From the NCBI GenBank assembly GCA_002269645.1, contig NIVC01000969.1, positions 62,001-126,000 on the forward strand: a stretch of 64,000 bases of DNA, read 5' to 3'. The translations under genes were made by a program, and so were the position numbers. This stretch comes from Macrostomum lignano. Lineage: Eukaryota. The notes under the pieces were generated by a model that saw only the letters and a program-made list of their open reading frames with translations, did not search any database and was not told where the DNA came from. Positions 1 to 12,435 of the stretch are shown here, one piece after another (the first letter of the stretch is position 1; every line of letters begins with the position of its first letter).

Positions 1-578
1 TCTCTTCCTTCCGCCCATGAGATTAGAAAAGACCCTCTCCCTTCCTTCTCATGAGATTAGAAGACTCTCTCCCTTCTCGCCCATGAGATTAGAAGATTCT
101 CTGCCTTCCCTCTCATGAGATTATAGAATTCTCTTCCTTCCGCCCATGAGATTAGAAAAGACCCTCTCCCTTCCTTCTCATGAGATTAGAAGACTCTCTC
201 CCTTCTCGCCCATGAGATTAGAAGATTCTCTGCCTTCCCTCTCATGAGATTATAGAATTCTCTTCCTTCCGCCCATGAGATTAGAAAAGACCATCTCCCT
301 TCCTTCTCATGAGATTAGAAGACTCTCTCCCTTCTCGCCCATGAGATTAGAAGATTCTCTGCCTTCCCTCTCATGAGATTATAGAATTCTCTTCCTTCCG
401 CCCATGAGATTAGAAAAGACCATCTCCCTTCCTTCTCATGAGATTAGAAGATTCTCTCCCTTCCCGCCCATGAGATTAGAAGATTCTCTCCCTTCCCGCC
501 CATGAGATTAGAAGATTCTCTCTCCTATCCCACCCATGAGATTAGAAGATTCTCTCCCTTCCCACCCATGAGATTAGA
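1..578. repeat. Tandem repeat with 129-bp higher-order period built from four ~32-bp subunits (core CATGAGATTAGAAGA); probably continues left of the window
   Basis: TCTCTTCCTTCCGCCCATGAG recurs at 1, 130, 259 and ~388; the core recurs about every 32 bp. Confidence 0.9.
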
Positions 579-916
579 GTCCTGTCATAGCAATTCGTTA
601 ATCAGTTTCGAATTGATTCATTTCAAGCATGGATAAGAGCCGCCACTAAGACACGAAGTAGAGAAAATTAAAAAAAGACCTCCAGCTAAGCCCCGTGCCC
701 GGGGGCTGCATCGAAATTGAGCTCTTTATTGGGGGGAGTCGCTTTTAGATAAAGCGTTGCGCAATCGGCCCCTATTAGACTGACTCCATCTGCCCCATCA
801 AATAGGCACGAGTCTGCCGCCACTGCCCCCCTACTTGAGGATTGACTCGGTTGCCAACCATCTTGCCGTCATGGATACTTGAGTGGGGAGTTTGAATAGA
901 TGCACTGGAGGGCAAC

Positions 917-2000
917 GAGTCACTGTGAATATTGTGACTGTGTGATGTATAGTGACTGAGGCTGGCACTGACTCACTGTGAATAGTGTGACTGTGTGATG
1001 TATAGTGACTGAGGCTGGCACTGACTCACTGTGAATACCGTGACTGTGTGATGTATAGTGACTGAGGCTGGCACTGACTCACTGTGAATACCGTGACTGT
1101 GTGATGTATAGTGACTGAGGCTGGCACTGACTCACTGTGAATACCGTGACTGTGTGATGTATAGTGACTGAGGCTGGCACTGACTCACTGTGAATACCGT
1201 GACTGTGTGATGTATAGTGACTGAGGCTGGCACTGACTCACTGTGAATAGTGTGACTGTGTGATGTATAGTGACTGAGGTTGGCACTGACTCACTGTGAA
1301 TACCGTGACTGTGTGATGTATAGTGACTGAGGCTGGCACTGACTCACTGTGAATACCGTGACTGTGTGATGTATAGTGACTGAGGCTGACACTGACTCAC
1401 TGTGAATACCGTGACTGTGTGATGTATAGTGACTGAGGTTGGCACTGACTCACTGTGAATACCGTGACTGTGTGATGTATAGTGACTGAGGCTGGCACTG
1501 ACTCACTGTGAATACCGTGACTGTGTGATGTATAGTGACTGAGGTTGGCACTGACTCACTGTGAATACCGTGACTGTGTGATGTATAGTGACTGAGGCTG
1601 ACACTGACTCACTGTGAATACCGTGACTGTGTGATGTATAGTGACTGAGGCTGGCACTGAGTCACTGTGAATACCGTGACTGTGTGATGTATAGTGACTG
1701 AGGTTGGCACTGACTCACTGTGAATACCGTGACTGTGTGATGTATAGTGACTGAGGCTGACACTGACTCACTGTGAATACCGTGACTGTGTGATGTATAG
1801 TGACTGAGGCTGGCACTGAGTCACTGTGAATACCGTGACTGTGTGATGTATAGTGACTGAGGTTGGCACTGACTCACTGTGAATAGTGTGACTGTGTGAT
1901 GTATAGTGACTGAGGCTGGCACTGACTCACTGTGAATACCGTGACTGTGTGATGTATAGTGACTGAGGCTGGCACTGAGTAACTGTGAATAGTGTGACTG
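917..2000. repeat. 53-bp minisatellite, ~20 copies (GACTCACTGTGAATACCGTGACTGTGTGATGTATAGTGACTGAGGCTGGCACT)
   Basis: Unit starts at 970, 1023, 1076 and onward; near-identical head-to-tail copies with no spacers. Confidence 0.95.
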
Positions 2001-2794
2001 ATTGTGATACCATGAATACCAACTTGTCAGTGCCTTAATAAAGGTTTTGACAGGAGGGAATTGTAAAAATGCCTGAAGTATCTTACTACTGATTTAACTT
2101 TAGTATTGAAGGGATGTTTTTAAGCTTTTCGACGATATTTCTTTGCACTGTATATTCCTTAATTAATAATTCATGACTGGCAAGGGGCTGTCATGCAGAC
2201 AGTGTTATGACGTAGGTGTCCAGATGGTCCAAATCAAATTTATCAGATTAGAACGAACCTATTTTTTGAATTACTGTTTAAAAAAAGCAGAGATGGAAAG
2301 CGGCTCTGTAATATTAATGAGAGTAGGATAGAGGGGGACTGGGGGGGGGGTACGAACTGTGAGGCCTCAATATGAGAGGCAAGTGAGGGATATGGGAGAA
2401 GTTCACCGCAGCCCGTGAGGACAGGAGTTTAACAAGCACTCAGGCGGTCGCCCGGGCTTCCACCTCCCCTTTCACTTTCCGGGTTAACGGGGAGGGGGAA
2501 GTCAGGGGTGAGTCATTAGGACGGGCGAATGGAGAGGTTGGAGAGCAAGTCTCCCCTTTGCTCTCGCGTGTTCGCGTGGTTTAGATAGAATAAAGCAAAC
2601 CGGATTATCTCTGCTGAGCTCCTTTGCCAATGGATTTTGCATCCACCCCTAATTCTATTCCTGTCTGCAAAATGAATCAAAGGAAACCAAAATAAGCCTC
2701 TCGTCTCCTTCTGGCTAATGCTTTGTGCTTGTCAGGAGTTCGGACGCTCTATTTAATCTGAGTAGCTCTTTGGCTTACTTTTGACTGACATAAA

Positions 2795-3429
<635 letters not shown>

Positions 3430-4297
3430 GACTGCCATACAATAGGATAGTTTTTTCTTGACTAAACGACGCAGTAAAAACTGAATGTATTTGAAATGAA
3501 AACGAAGTGGACACAAAGCCCTCTTCAGCTGTGTATTTATGACATTAAATGACATTAAATGGATGTGAATTGTGTACCAAAAGTGCATCACTTGCTATCA
3601 CATGATGATTTGCAATTGGCTTACTAGAGAGCCGCATCGCGCGGACACAAATAAACTATTTATTGATATTTAAAACACGGACCAGGTCGTGTAAACATGA
3701 AATAATAACAATGTAGTAAACTAAAAATCCTGTGATGAAAGATTAGACTAGTTGGTAGTACAGTTCTGTGCGACGGCTGGGATAAACAGATGGCAGATAT
3801 AGAATAGAAAAAGTGATAATTGCACCTGCGGGCGCCCTTGACTTCTCATACTGTAGGTGTTAAGTCGAAAATTTCGTGAGCCAGCGGCCTCGCCAAGTGG
3901 CTGGAGGGCCCCGGGCAGACTGCTGCTCAAAGAGGTCGAAATACGGTTGGACAGAAACTGGAGACGAAAGTTGGACCATGATGACGACTGGCCGGCTGTC
4001 AAGGGCGGTGACGGTGCACAAGGACTTCTAACAATTCTTCTAAACCTAAAATCTAAACTAAAATGCCTCCTAGCCAGGGCTCTTGGGGCTTGCTTCTAGG
4101 AGGACTGCAAAATTAACTGCAGAGCAGATTGTCGGGCAAACAGCAAAACAAAATAATGGCTAAAACGAAACTAGAAAACTAAAAAAATAGCTAGAAAAAG
4201 CTGAACCAAACAAGAGAAGGATGCTGATTTAACTTCATCAGCAGCATAGCAACTTGAATTTTCCCTGGATGAATTGATTTAAATTGATGTTGAATCC

Positions 4298-6037
4298 AGA
4301 CTGTCTGTTCTGTGGTTTACAGACTGTCTGATCTGTGGTTTACAGACTGTCTAATCTGTGGTTTACAGACTGTCTGATCTGTGGTTTACAGACTGTCTGT
4401 TCTGTGGTTTACAGACTGTCTGTTCTGTGGTTTACAGACTGTCTGATCTGTGGTTTACAGACTGTCTGCTCTGTGGTTTACAGACTGTCTGATCTGTGGT
4501 TTACAGACAGTCTGTTCTGTGGTTTACAGACTGTCTGATCTGTGGTTTACAGACTGTCTGTTCTGTGGTTTACAGACAGTCTGTTCTGTGGTTTACAGAC
4601 TGTCTGATCTGTGGTTTACAGACTGTCTGATCTGTGGTTTACAGACTGTCTGTTCTGTGGTTTACAGACTGTCTGTTCTGTGGTTTACAGACAGTCTGAT
4701 CTGTGGTTTACAGACTGTCTGATCTGTGGTTTACAGACTGTCTGATCTGTGATTTACAGACTGTCTGTTCTGTGGTTTACAGACTGTCTGCTCTGTGGTT
4801 TACAGACTGTCTGCTCTGTGGTTTACAGACTGTCTGATCTGTGGTTTACAGACTGTCTGATCTGTGGTTTACAGACAGTCTGTTCTGTGGTTTACAGACT
4901 GTCTGTTCTGTGGTTTACAGACTGTCTGTTCTGTGGTTTACAGACTGTCTGATCTGTGGTTTACAGACTGTCTGTTCTGTGGTTTACAGACTGTCTGCTC
5001 TGTGGTTTACAGACTGTCTGATCTGTGGTTTACAGACTGTCTGATCTGTGGTTTACAGACTGTCTGTTCTGTGGTTTACAGACTGCCTGTTTAGTGGTTT
5101 TCAGACTGTCTGTTCTGTGGTTTACAAACTGTCTGCTCTGTAGTTTACAGACTGTCTGCTCTGTGGTTTACAGACTGTCTGTTCTGTGGTTTACAGACTG
5201 TCTGCTCTCTGGTTTACAGGCTTTCTGATCTGTGGTTTACAGACTGTCTGCTCTGTGGTTTACAGACTGTCTGATCTGTGATTTACAGACTGTCTGTTCT
5301 GTGGTTTACAGACTGTCTGATCTGTGGTTTACAGACTGTCTGTTCTGTGGTTTACAGACTGTCTGTTCTGTGGTTTACAGACTGTCTGATCTGTGGTTTA
5401 CAGACTGTCTGATCTGTGATTTACAGACTGTCTGCTCTGTGGTTTACAGACTGTCTGATCTGTGGTTTCCAGACTGTCTGTTCTGTGGTTTACAGACAGT
5501 CTGTTCTGTGGTTTACAGACTGTCTGATCTGTGGTTTACAGACTGTCTGATCTGTGATTTACAGACTGTCTGCTCTGTGGTTTACAGACTGTCTGATCTG
5601 TGGTTTCCAGACTGTCTGTTCTGTGGTTTACAGACAGTCTGTTCTGTGGTTTCCAGACTGTCTGATCTGTGGTTTCCAGACTGTCTGTTCTGTGGTTTAC
5701 AGACTGTCTGCTCTCTGGTTTACAGGCTTTCTGATCTGTGGTTTACAGACTGTCTGCTCTGTGGTTTACAGACTGTCTGATCTGTGATTTACAGACTGTC
5801 TGTTCTGTGGTTTACAGACTGTCTGATCTGTGGTTTCCAGACTGTCTGTTCTGTGGTTTACAGACTGTCTGTTCTGTGGTTTACAGACTGTCTGATCTGT
5901 GGTTTACAGACTGTCTGATCTGTGATTTACAGACTGTCTGCTCTGTGGTTTACAGACTGTCTGATCTGTGGTTTACAGACAGTCTGTTCTGTGGTTTCCA
6001 GACTGTCTACTCTGTGGTTTCCAGACTGTCTGTTCTG
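4298..6037. repeat. 23-bp minisatellite, ~75 copies (AGACTGTCTG[A/T/C]TCTGTGGTTTAC)
   Basis: Direct reading; it accounts for all ORF-track entries between 4335 and 6104. Confidence 0.95.
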
Positions 6038-6553
6038 GTCAAGCAGACTCAGACACCAACATTACCCTAGCCTCGTGGGCATAGGAGAATTCTTATCCTG
6101 GTAAAACTCGTGTCAATATGCTGCTTCGATGCAGTTTACAATAAGACAGACTTTGCTAAACAGTATCTAAATAAAATATAATAGAATATATTGCATAGCA
6201 ACTATTTACAGCAAATAAGCTCGACAGTAAAGCATTAACACAGACTTTTCAACTATAGGGAAACAAGAAACGTTAACAAAACACAATTGCATTGTCAAAA
6301 TAGCAATTGAAAAGACCAATAGATTAAAAAAGTGACATTCAGTTACCGCGACTCCAGCAAGATGGCAAACGGTTGCTAAGGACTCTGGGATGCTCAAAAC
6401 TGCAGCTAGATGATCAGGAAGAGTTCGGGGGACAGTTGCTCGCTTTGTTTAGAGGACAAGCGGTGAGGTAGCCATCTGGAATTGATTAGCTGGGGATGTT
6501 AATATTCAATCGATAATAAACTTGTTGGTTACAGGCCTCAGCTGCTCAAATAG

Positions 6554-7226
6554 TCTAATGATCCCCTCAGGTATTCTAATGATCCCCTCAAGTGTTCTAA
6601 TGATTCCCTCAGGTTTTCTAATGATTCCCTCAGGTATTCTAATGATTCCCTTGGGTATTCTAATGATTCCCTCAGGTATTCTAATGATTTCCTCGGGAAT
6701 TCTAATGATCCCCTCAGGTATTTTAATGTCCCCTCATGTTTCTAATGATTCCCTCAGGTATTTTATTGATTCCCTGGGGTATTCTAATGATCCCCTCAGG
6801 TATTTTAATGTCCCCTCATGTTTCTAATGATTCCCTCAGGTATTTTATTGATTCCCTGGGGTATTCTAATGATCCCCTCAGGTATTTTAATGTCCCCTCA
6901 TGTTTCTAATGATTCCCTCAGGTATCCTAATGATTCCCTCAGGTATCCTAATGATTCCCTCAGGTATCCTAACGATCCCCTCAGGTATCCTAATGATTCT
7001 CTCAGGTATTCTAATGATCCTCTCAGATATTCTAATGTTCCCCTCAGGTATCCTAATGATTCCCTCAGGTATCCTAATGATTCCCTCAGGTATCCTAATG
7101 ATTCCCTCAGGTATTCTAATGATTCCCTTAGGTATTCTAAGAATTCCCTCAGGTATTTTAATGATTCCCTCAGGTATTCTAATGATCCCCTCAGGTATTC
7201 TAATGATTCCCTCGGGTATTCTAATT
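6554..7226. repeat. 21-bp minisatellite (TCAGGTATTCTAATGATTCCC), ~30 degenerate copies
   Basis: Direct reading. Confidence 0.9.
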
Positions 7227-7676
7227 TCGCATTGCCTGCATTGTGAATCAGTATAAAACCTTCCGTTTATGTGTTTATTTGTAAATACATTTATTGATTT
7301 GACTATGTCGCGCAAAGCCCATAGCTTTACCGCAGAATTCAATACCAAATCGCTATCATTTAATCTTTAAATACTTGATCAAGCCAGTAATTTGAATTAT
7401 TCGCCCATATTTTATGGCACTGAAATAAATTCTCTGAAGTGGTCATAAAAAGCCCACTGTATTGCGCAAATGCGCTTTCAGCCGCAGCTCGGCGAGTCGC
7501 AGGGGGTGGCGACAGGATCGCAAAATTTGTGGTAAAAATTTTGCGACTTAAATTTTTTTACGACTGTGGCTTGGCTGCCCTCTCTAGTGCGGCTTTTACT
7601 GCCAGTTAGTTGATAATATGGCCCGGTAAAAGCTCAATTTTTTGCCATTTATATCTGACTAATAAGACTGCAATTA

Positions 7677-8650
7677 ACACTGCTTATCCCTTTGGACACT
7701 GCTTATCCTACTGACTTTCGGATACTGCTTATCCTACAGGCTCTTCGGACACTGCTTATCCTACAGGTTCTTCGGACACTGCTTATCCTACAGGTTCTTC
7801 GGACACTGCTTATCCTACTGACTTTCGGACACTGCTTATCCTACAGGCTCTTCGGACACTGCTTATCCTTCCAGACTCTTCGGACACTGCTTATCCTACA
7901 GGCTCTTCGGACACTGCTTATCCTTCCAGACTCTTCGGACACTGCTTATCCTACAGGCTCTTCGGACACTGCTTATCCTACTGACTTTCGGACACTGCTT
8001 ATCCTACTGACTTTCGGACACTGCTTATCCTACTGACTTTCGGACACTGCTTATCCTACTGACTTTCGGACACTGCTTATCCTACTGACTTTCGGACACT
8101 GCTTATCCTACTGACTTTCGGACACTGCTTATCCTACTGACTTTCGGACACTGCTTATCCTAATGACTCTTCGGACATTGCTTATCCTACTGGCTCTTCG
8201 GACACTGCTTATCCTACTGGCTCTTCGGACACTGCGATTTCCCCAGCTTCGGACACTGCTTATCCTACAGGCTCTTCGGACACTGCTTATCCTACAGGCT
8301 CTTCGGACACTGCTTATCCTTCCAGACTCTTCGGACACTGCTTATCCTACTGGCTCTTCGGACACTGCTTATCCTACAGGCTCTTCGGACACTGCTTATC
8401 ATACAGGCTCTTCGGACACTGCTTATCCTACAGGCTCTTCGGACACTGCTTATCCTTCCAGACTCTTCGGACACTGCTTATCCTACTGGCTCTTCGGACA
8501 CTGCGATTTCCCCAGCTTCGGACACTGCTTATCCTACTGACTCTTCGGACACTGCTTATCCTACAGGCTCTTCGGACACTGCTTATTTCAATGACTCTTC
8601 GGACACTGCTTATTTCAATGACTCTTCGGACACCATAGCTTCGGACACTA
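7677..8650. repeat. 26-27-bp minisatellite (CGGACACTGCTTATCCTACAGGCTCTT / ...CTGACTTT), ~36 copies
   Basis: Direct reading; two length variants occur in runs. Confidence 0.9.
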
Positions 8651-8732
8651 CGATTCCCCGTACCCTTGATGAACCCTGATCATTCGTCATGACACGCAGC
8701 AAGTGACCCACCTGCTCTGTCGCGGGCCCAGC

Positions 8733-10382
8733 TCAGTGGTAGGACATCCGCTCTCCCGGGCCGCACCGCACGATCGGCAGGCGGCCGCACGGGTCCGAAG
8801 CCTGTCGGAGGCAGTTCTGCGGCGGCTGAGGCGGAGGCGGCGGAGGCGGCGGCTGCTGTTCGAGCTGCAACATCTGGTAGTCGAGCTGGTCCCGCACGGA
8901 GGCCAGGGCCCGCAGCAGCAGCTCTCGCCGGTAGAGCTCCAGCTCCCGAGCAAAGAGGCCGCCGCCGACGCCGCCGCCGCTTCTGTACGTCGCCTCGCCG
9001 GCGTCGCGGAAGCGCCGGTCCAGGCTGTCCCGCTGGGCGGCGAGTCGCTGCACAGCCTCCGCCAGCGACTCCTCCGTCGACTTTGGCGACGGCGACGGCA
9101 GCTCGAACTCCATCTCGGAGTCGGAGTCGGTGTCAGCTGGCGAGTCGAACTCGGTACCTTCAGAATCGGAGCGGAGCACCGGGGTCTGGCAGGCGGCGGC
9201 CTCGGTGAGGTTGAGGCTGCTGCCGCTGCTGCAGCTACTGGTGTCGGGCGGTGGTGCCATCATCAGCAACATCTGGCGCCGATCCATGTCCCACCACAGG
9301 CTGCTGGAGTCGGCACCGCTGCTCATGCTCACCGGTGTCACCTCGGCGACGGCCATCAGCTGCTGCTCCTCGGGCACAAAGCCGACGCTGGCGACGCCCT
9401 CAGCCATGATGGACAGCGGCTGGGCGTCGGGGCCGAACGCGGAGTTGTGAATCGCCATGACTTCGGCATCGGCGGCCAGATCTTCATCGTTGCTGGAGCC
9501 GCAGTCCCAGCGCTGCTCGGGTGACTGTTGGTGCGAGCGCTGACGGTGACGACGCTTCTTGAGCACCTTTCGCTTCGATTGAAACTGCTGCTGCTGCTCA
9601 AGAACCGGCGTCGAACTGCCATCGCTGTCAGTGCCAACCAGACTGACCTGCGCCTGCACCGTCTTCAGGCCGCAGTCGCTCGTCCCGAAGTCCTCGAAAT
9701 CCTCAGTTTGGGCCGCGGTTGCAGTGGTCTCGGCGGGCTGCATCGACGGAGGCGCTCGGCTGCCAACTTCCTCAATGCCGGAGATGCCGGAGTCCAGACT
9801 CTTCTGCATCACTCCGCTGTCCTCAATTCGCGGCCGTTTGCGCTCCCTCAGCCAGGGATTGGTGCGGATCTGCGACCGCTTCTTCATCGTGAGCGGCTGC
9901 ACCACAGCGCGGCAGTGCGGGCAGTAGGCCAGCGGCGACTCGTCCTCTGCGCTGAGCAGGTCGCCAGACGAAGCGGACGGGAGCCCCTCATCCGAGCTCG
10001 TGTTGGCTTTCTCGGCGATTCCGGAGCCGCTGGCGGCGTTCCCGGCCTGTCCTGTCGCAGCCACCTTGCCGCTGCGCCCGACGCTGGCAGCTCGGCGCAG
10101 GAACCGCGGCAGCGAGTGGCTCTCCTTCTTCCTCGGTGGTGGCAGCGGAGGCGGCTGCTGCTCCTCCGGCGGCGGCTGCTGGGCCGCTGGCTGCCGAACG
10201 GCAAATACAGCTCGACGCTCGAAGCCCTCGAAGACGAACTCCTCGTCGCCGGTGTCCGCCCCGGCGATGCAGGAGGCTTCGAAGTGTCTCCGCTTCTTCC
10301 GACGGCTGAGGCTTCTGCCAGGCTCTGCTGGCAGCTGCTGCTGCTGCGCCGGCTCCGCCTTCTTCCAGAACTTCCAGCGCAT
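8733..10382 (-). CDS. Uncharacterised 549-aa low-complexity, probably disordered protein (polyQ/P, Ser/acidic tracts, C-terminal amphipathic helix); single coding exon
   Basis: Long GC-rich non-tandem ORF with codon style like the other genes here. An in-frame TGA lies 7 codons upstream of the ATG, and an acceptor-like TTCTCGCAG sits just 5' of that. No family recognised. Confidence 0.7.
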   Translation of the reverse strand: MRWKFWKKAEPAQQQQLPAEPGRSLSRRKKRRHFEASCIAGADTGDEEFVFEGFERRAVFAVRQPAAQQPPPEEQQPPPLPPPRKKESHSLPRFLRRAASVGRSGKVAATGQAGNAASGSGIAEKANTSSDEGLPSASSGDLLSAEDESPLAYCPHCRAVVQPLTMKKRSQIRTNPWLRERKRPRIEDSGVMQKSLDSGISGIEEVGSRAPPSMQPAETTATAAQTEDFEDFGTSDCGLKTVQAQVSLVGTDSDGSSTPVLEQQQQFQSKRKVLKKRRHRQRSHQQSPEQRWDCGSSNDEDLAADAEVMAIHNSAFGPDAQPLSIMAEGVASVGFVPEEQQLMAVAEVTPVSMSSGADSSSLWWDMDRRQMLLMMAPPPDTSSCSSGSSLNLTEAAACQTPVLRSDSEGTEFDSPADTDSDSEMEFELPSPSPKSTEESLAEAVQRLAAQRDSLDRRFRDAGEATYRSGGGVGGGLFARELELYRRELLLRALASVRDQLDYQMLQLEQQPPPPPPPPQPPQNCLRQASDPCGRLPIVRCGPGERMSYH

Positions 10383-11951
10383 TTGAGTCAGCGTGCGGGG
10401 CCCTCACACTGCGAGAATAAGAGGGCATAAGGAAGTACGAGTATAAGCCACAAGAAAGTTGGAGTCAAAAGCTAATCTTCGCTTCGGCTTGCAGATTTCT
10501 GCTCTGGAGATTGGATGACAAAATGTTCAGATATCCCCAAAGGTTCTCTGTTCCTCACTCGACCTGCCTGCGTGTCTAGACAGGGTGGAAGGACAGGCAG
10601 GCAAGGCTGACAACGGGGGAGCGGCTTCTGCTGTCGCTGCGGGATAGAGGGAGCAGATAGAGGGAGGAGATAGAATGGGCCGGCAGGGAGGCGGCCATGC
10701 GACACACTCGTAGGGCTGCTGTATGGGCGATGCCGCGGATGCCGCCAGGGATTGACAGCTGCGCGTTAGAAGCCTGCCAAATGCCGTAGCAATGTAGAGC
10801 AAAGGAAGAGAGGACTGCATGCGCCTCACTGGCCCCAATCATTGTGGCAGCGCAGAGCCTGAGTACGAGTAGACAGAACTATGGCAGATTCCCAATGCTA
10901 AGTACTTTAGCCCAATATAGAGAGTGGAGAGCAGGTTGGTGAGGTGGAATTTCCATTGATCTGGAACTGATGTCGAAGCTCTTCTCTCTCTCTTTTTTCT
11001 AATTTTGGACTGCCTCAGCCCGTGCGGACCCGGATGCAGAGAGAGTCTCGCCCACTTCGCAGAGCGTTTAACTCCTTATAACTTTTTGTACCCTCGTAGC
11101 TTATGAAGTAAAGCATTGAAGGATGAAGGTGAAAGCTTAGGAGAAGGAGGCTGGGATCTTGTAGCTTCGTTGTTCAATGATTGCTAGTCTGCTTTCCCCG
11201 TCAGTTAACTGGAGTTAAAAAAGGCAATTCGCAAATTTCAGAATTCCACAAATTCGCCGGCAAGCTGAACTGGCTGTCCATCTTCCATGCGGGGCAATGA
11301 GGCCGCCATTTTCGGAATCCCCTGCTGGCGGAAGAAATTTGCGAACTTTTAAGAAATGGCCAAGCAAATGGCGAGAGAAAGGCCGAGAGACGGGGCTTGG
11401 CAAGAACTCTTCGCTGACGATAAACAGGTGCGGCCAGGTGTACGAAATCCGCCTCATTACCGACCGGCTTGCGTGTGGCCGCGCAGCTTCCCATGCAGAA
11501 CTTTTTCCCACTTCTGCCCATCCCCGCTATCTTCACCGCTCCTGACATGGGCGAGGAAAAGAGCGACAGAAAAGTATGAAAATAAAGTTTGGGAGGAGGG
11601 AGATTTGCGATTAAGATTCGAGCGGAAAAAATCCCTCATTTTGCGGTGAAGAAGAACCTTGGTCTGCCCGGTCTGCCTGTCCTCTTGTGGCAACAGTTGG
11701 CTTCAAAGCTCTTCCAGAAGAACTTGCACTCTTTTGTCGCAGGGTGCTGTTGGAAAATTCTTGGCTCGCGAGAGTGGAAGGCAAAATGAAAAGCAAACAG
11801 AACGCAAAAAGCGCTAAGCGAGGCAAAACAAATTCCTGGCGGCAATTTTCTGGCGACATTGTTGCTTTTAATTGAAAAGAAGATTTGTTAACTGTGTCCC
11901 AGAGGCGGCGCAAAAGCGCTGCGCATTCACTGGCCGGTTGAACGATTGAAC

Positions 11952-12435
11952 CAGGGGGTCGGCGAACTCCGGCCAAGGCCACAAAGCCTCTCTATCCGGC
12001 CCTCGGGTCCTTTGAACTTCACAATAGCAATCCGGCCCGCTCAGGGTTTGTGTCTTTTCTCAGCTCCTCTCCTCTCCTCTCCTCTCCTCTCCTCTCCTCT
12101 CCTCTCCTCTCCTCTCCTCTCCTCTCCTCTCCTCTCTCCTCTCCTCTCCTCTCCTCTCCTCTCCTCTCCTCTCCTCTCCTCTCCTCTCCTCTCCTCTCCT
12201 CTCCTCTCCTCACCTCTCCTCTCCTCTCCTCTTCTCTCCTCTCCTCTCCTCTCCTCTCCTTTCCTCACCCCTCTCCTCTCCTCCCCTCTCCTCTCCTCTC
12301 TTCTTTTCTCTGCTCTGCTCTGCTCTCTTCTCTCTCCTCTATTCCCTTTGACCCTCTCCTCTCTCCCCTCTGGCCCGCAGTAATGCCACTAGATTTTATC
12401 TGGCTCCTCGGGTAAAAAAATTAAGCCGAGCCCTG
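11952..12435. mobile_element. Decayed non-autonomous hAT (Charlie-like) element with internal (CTCCT)n expansion
   Basis: Left end CAGGGGGTCGGCGAACTCCGGCC; right end AAAAAAATTAAGCCGAGCCCTG (reverse complement CAGGGCTCGGC); subterminal GGCCC(G/T)C motifs typical of Charlie-type ends. The TSD matches only 4/8. Confidence 0.55.
12064..12365. repeat. (CTCCT)n pentanucleotide microsatellite
   Basis: Direct reading. Confidence 0.95.

Noticed and set aside
9784-9801. DSGISG as a beta-TrCP phosphodegron
   Set aside because: It does not match DSGxxS because the sixth residue is Gly.
8703-10430. Plus-strand 273-aa and 300-aa ORFs and other overlaps
   Set aside because: They are antisense or alternative-frame shadows of the GC-rich 549-aa ORF.
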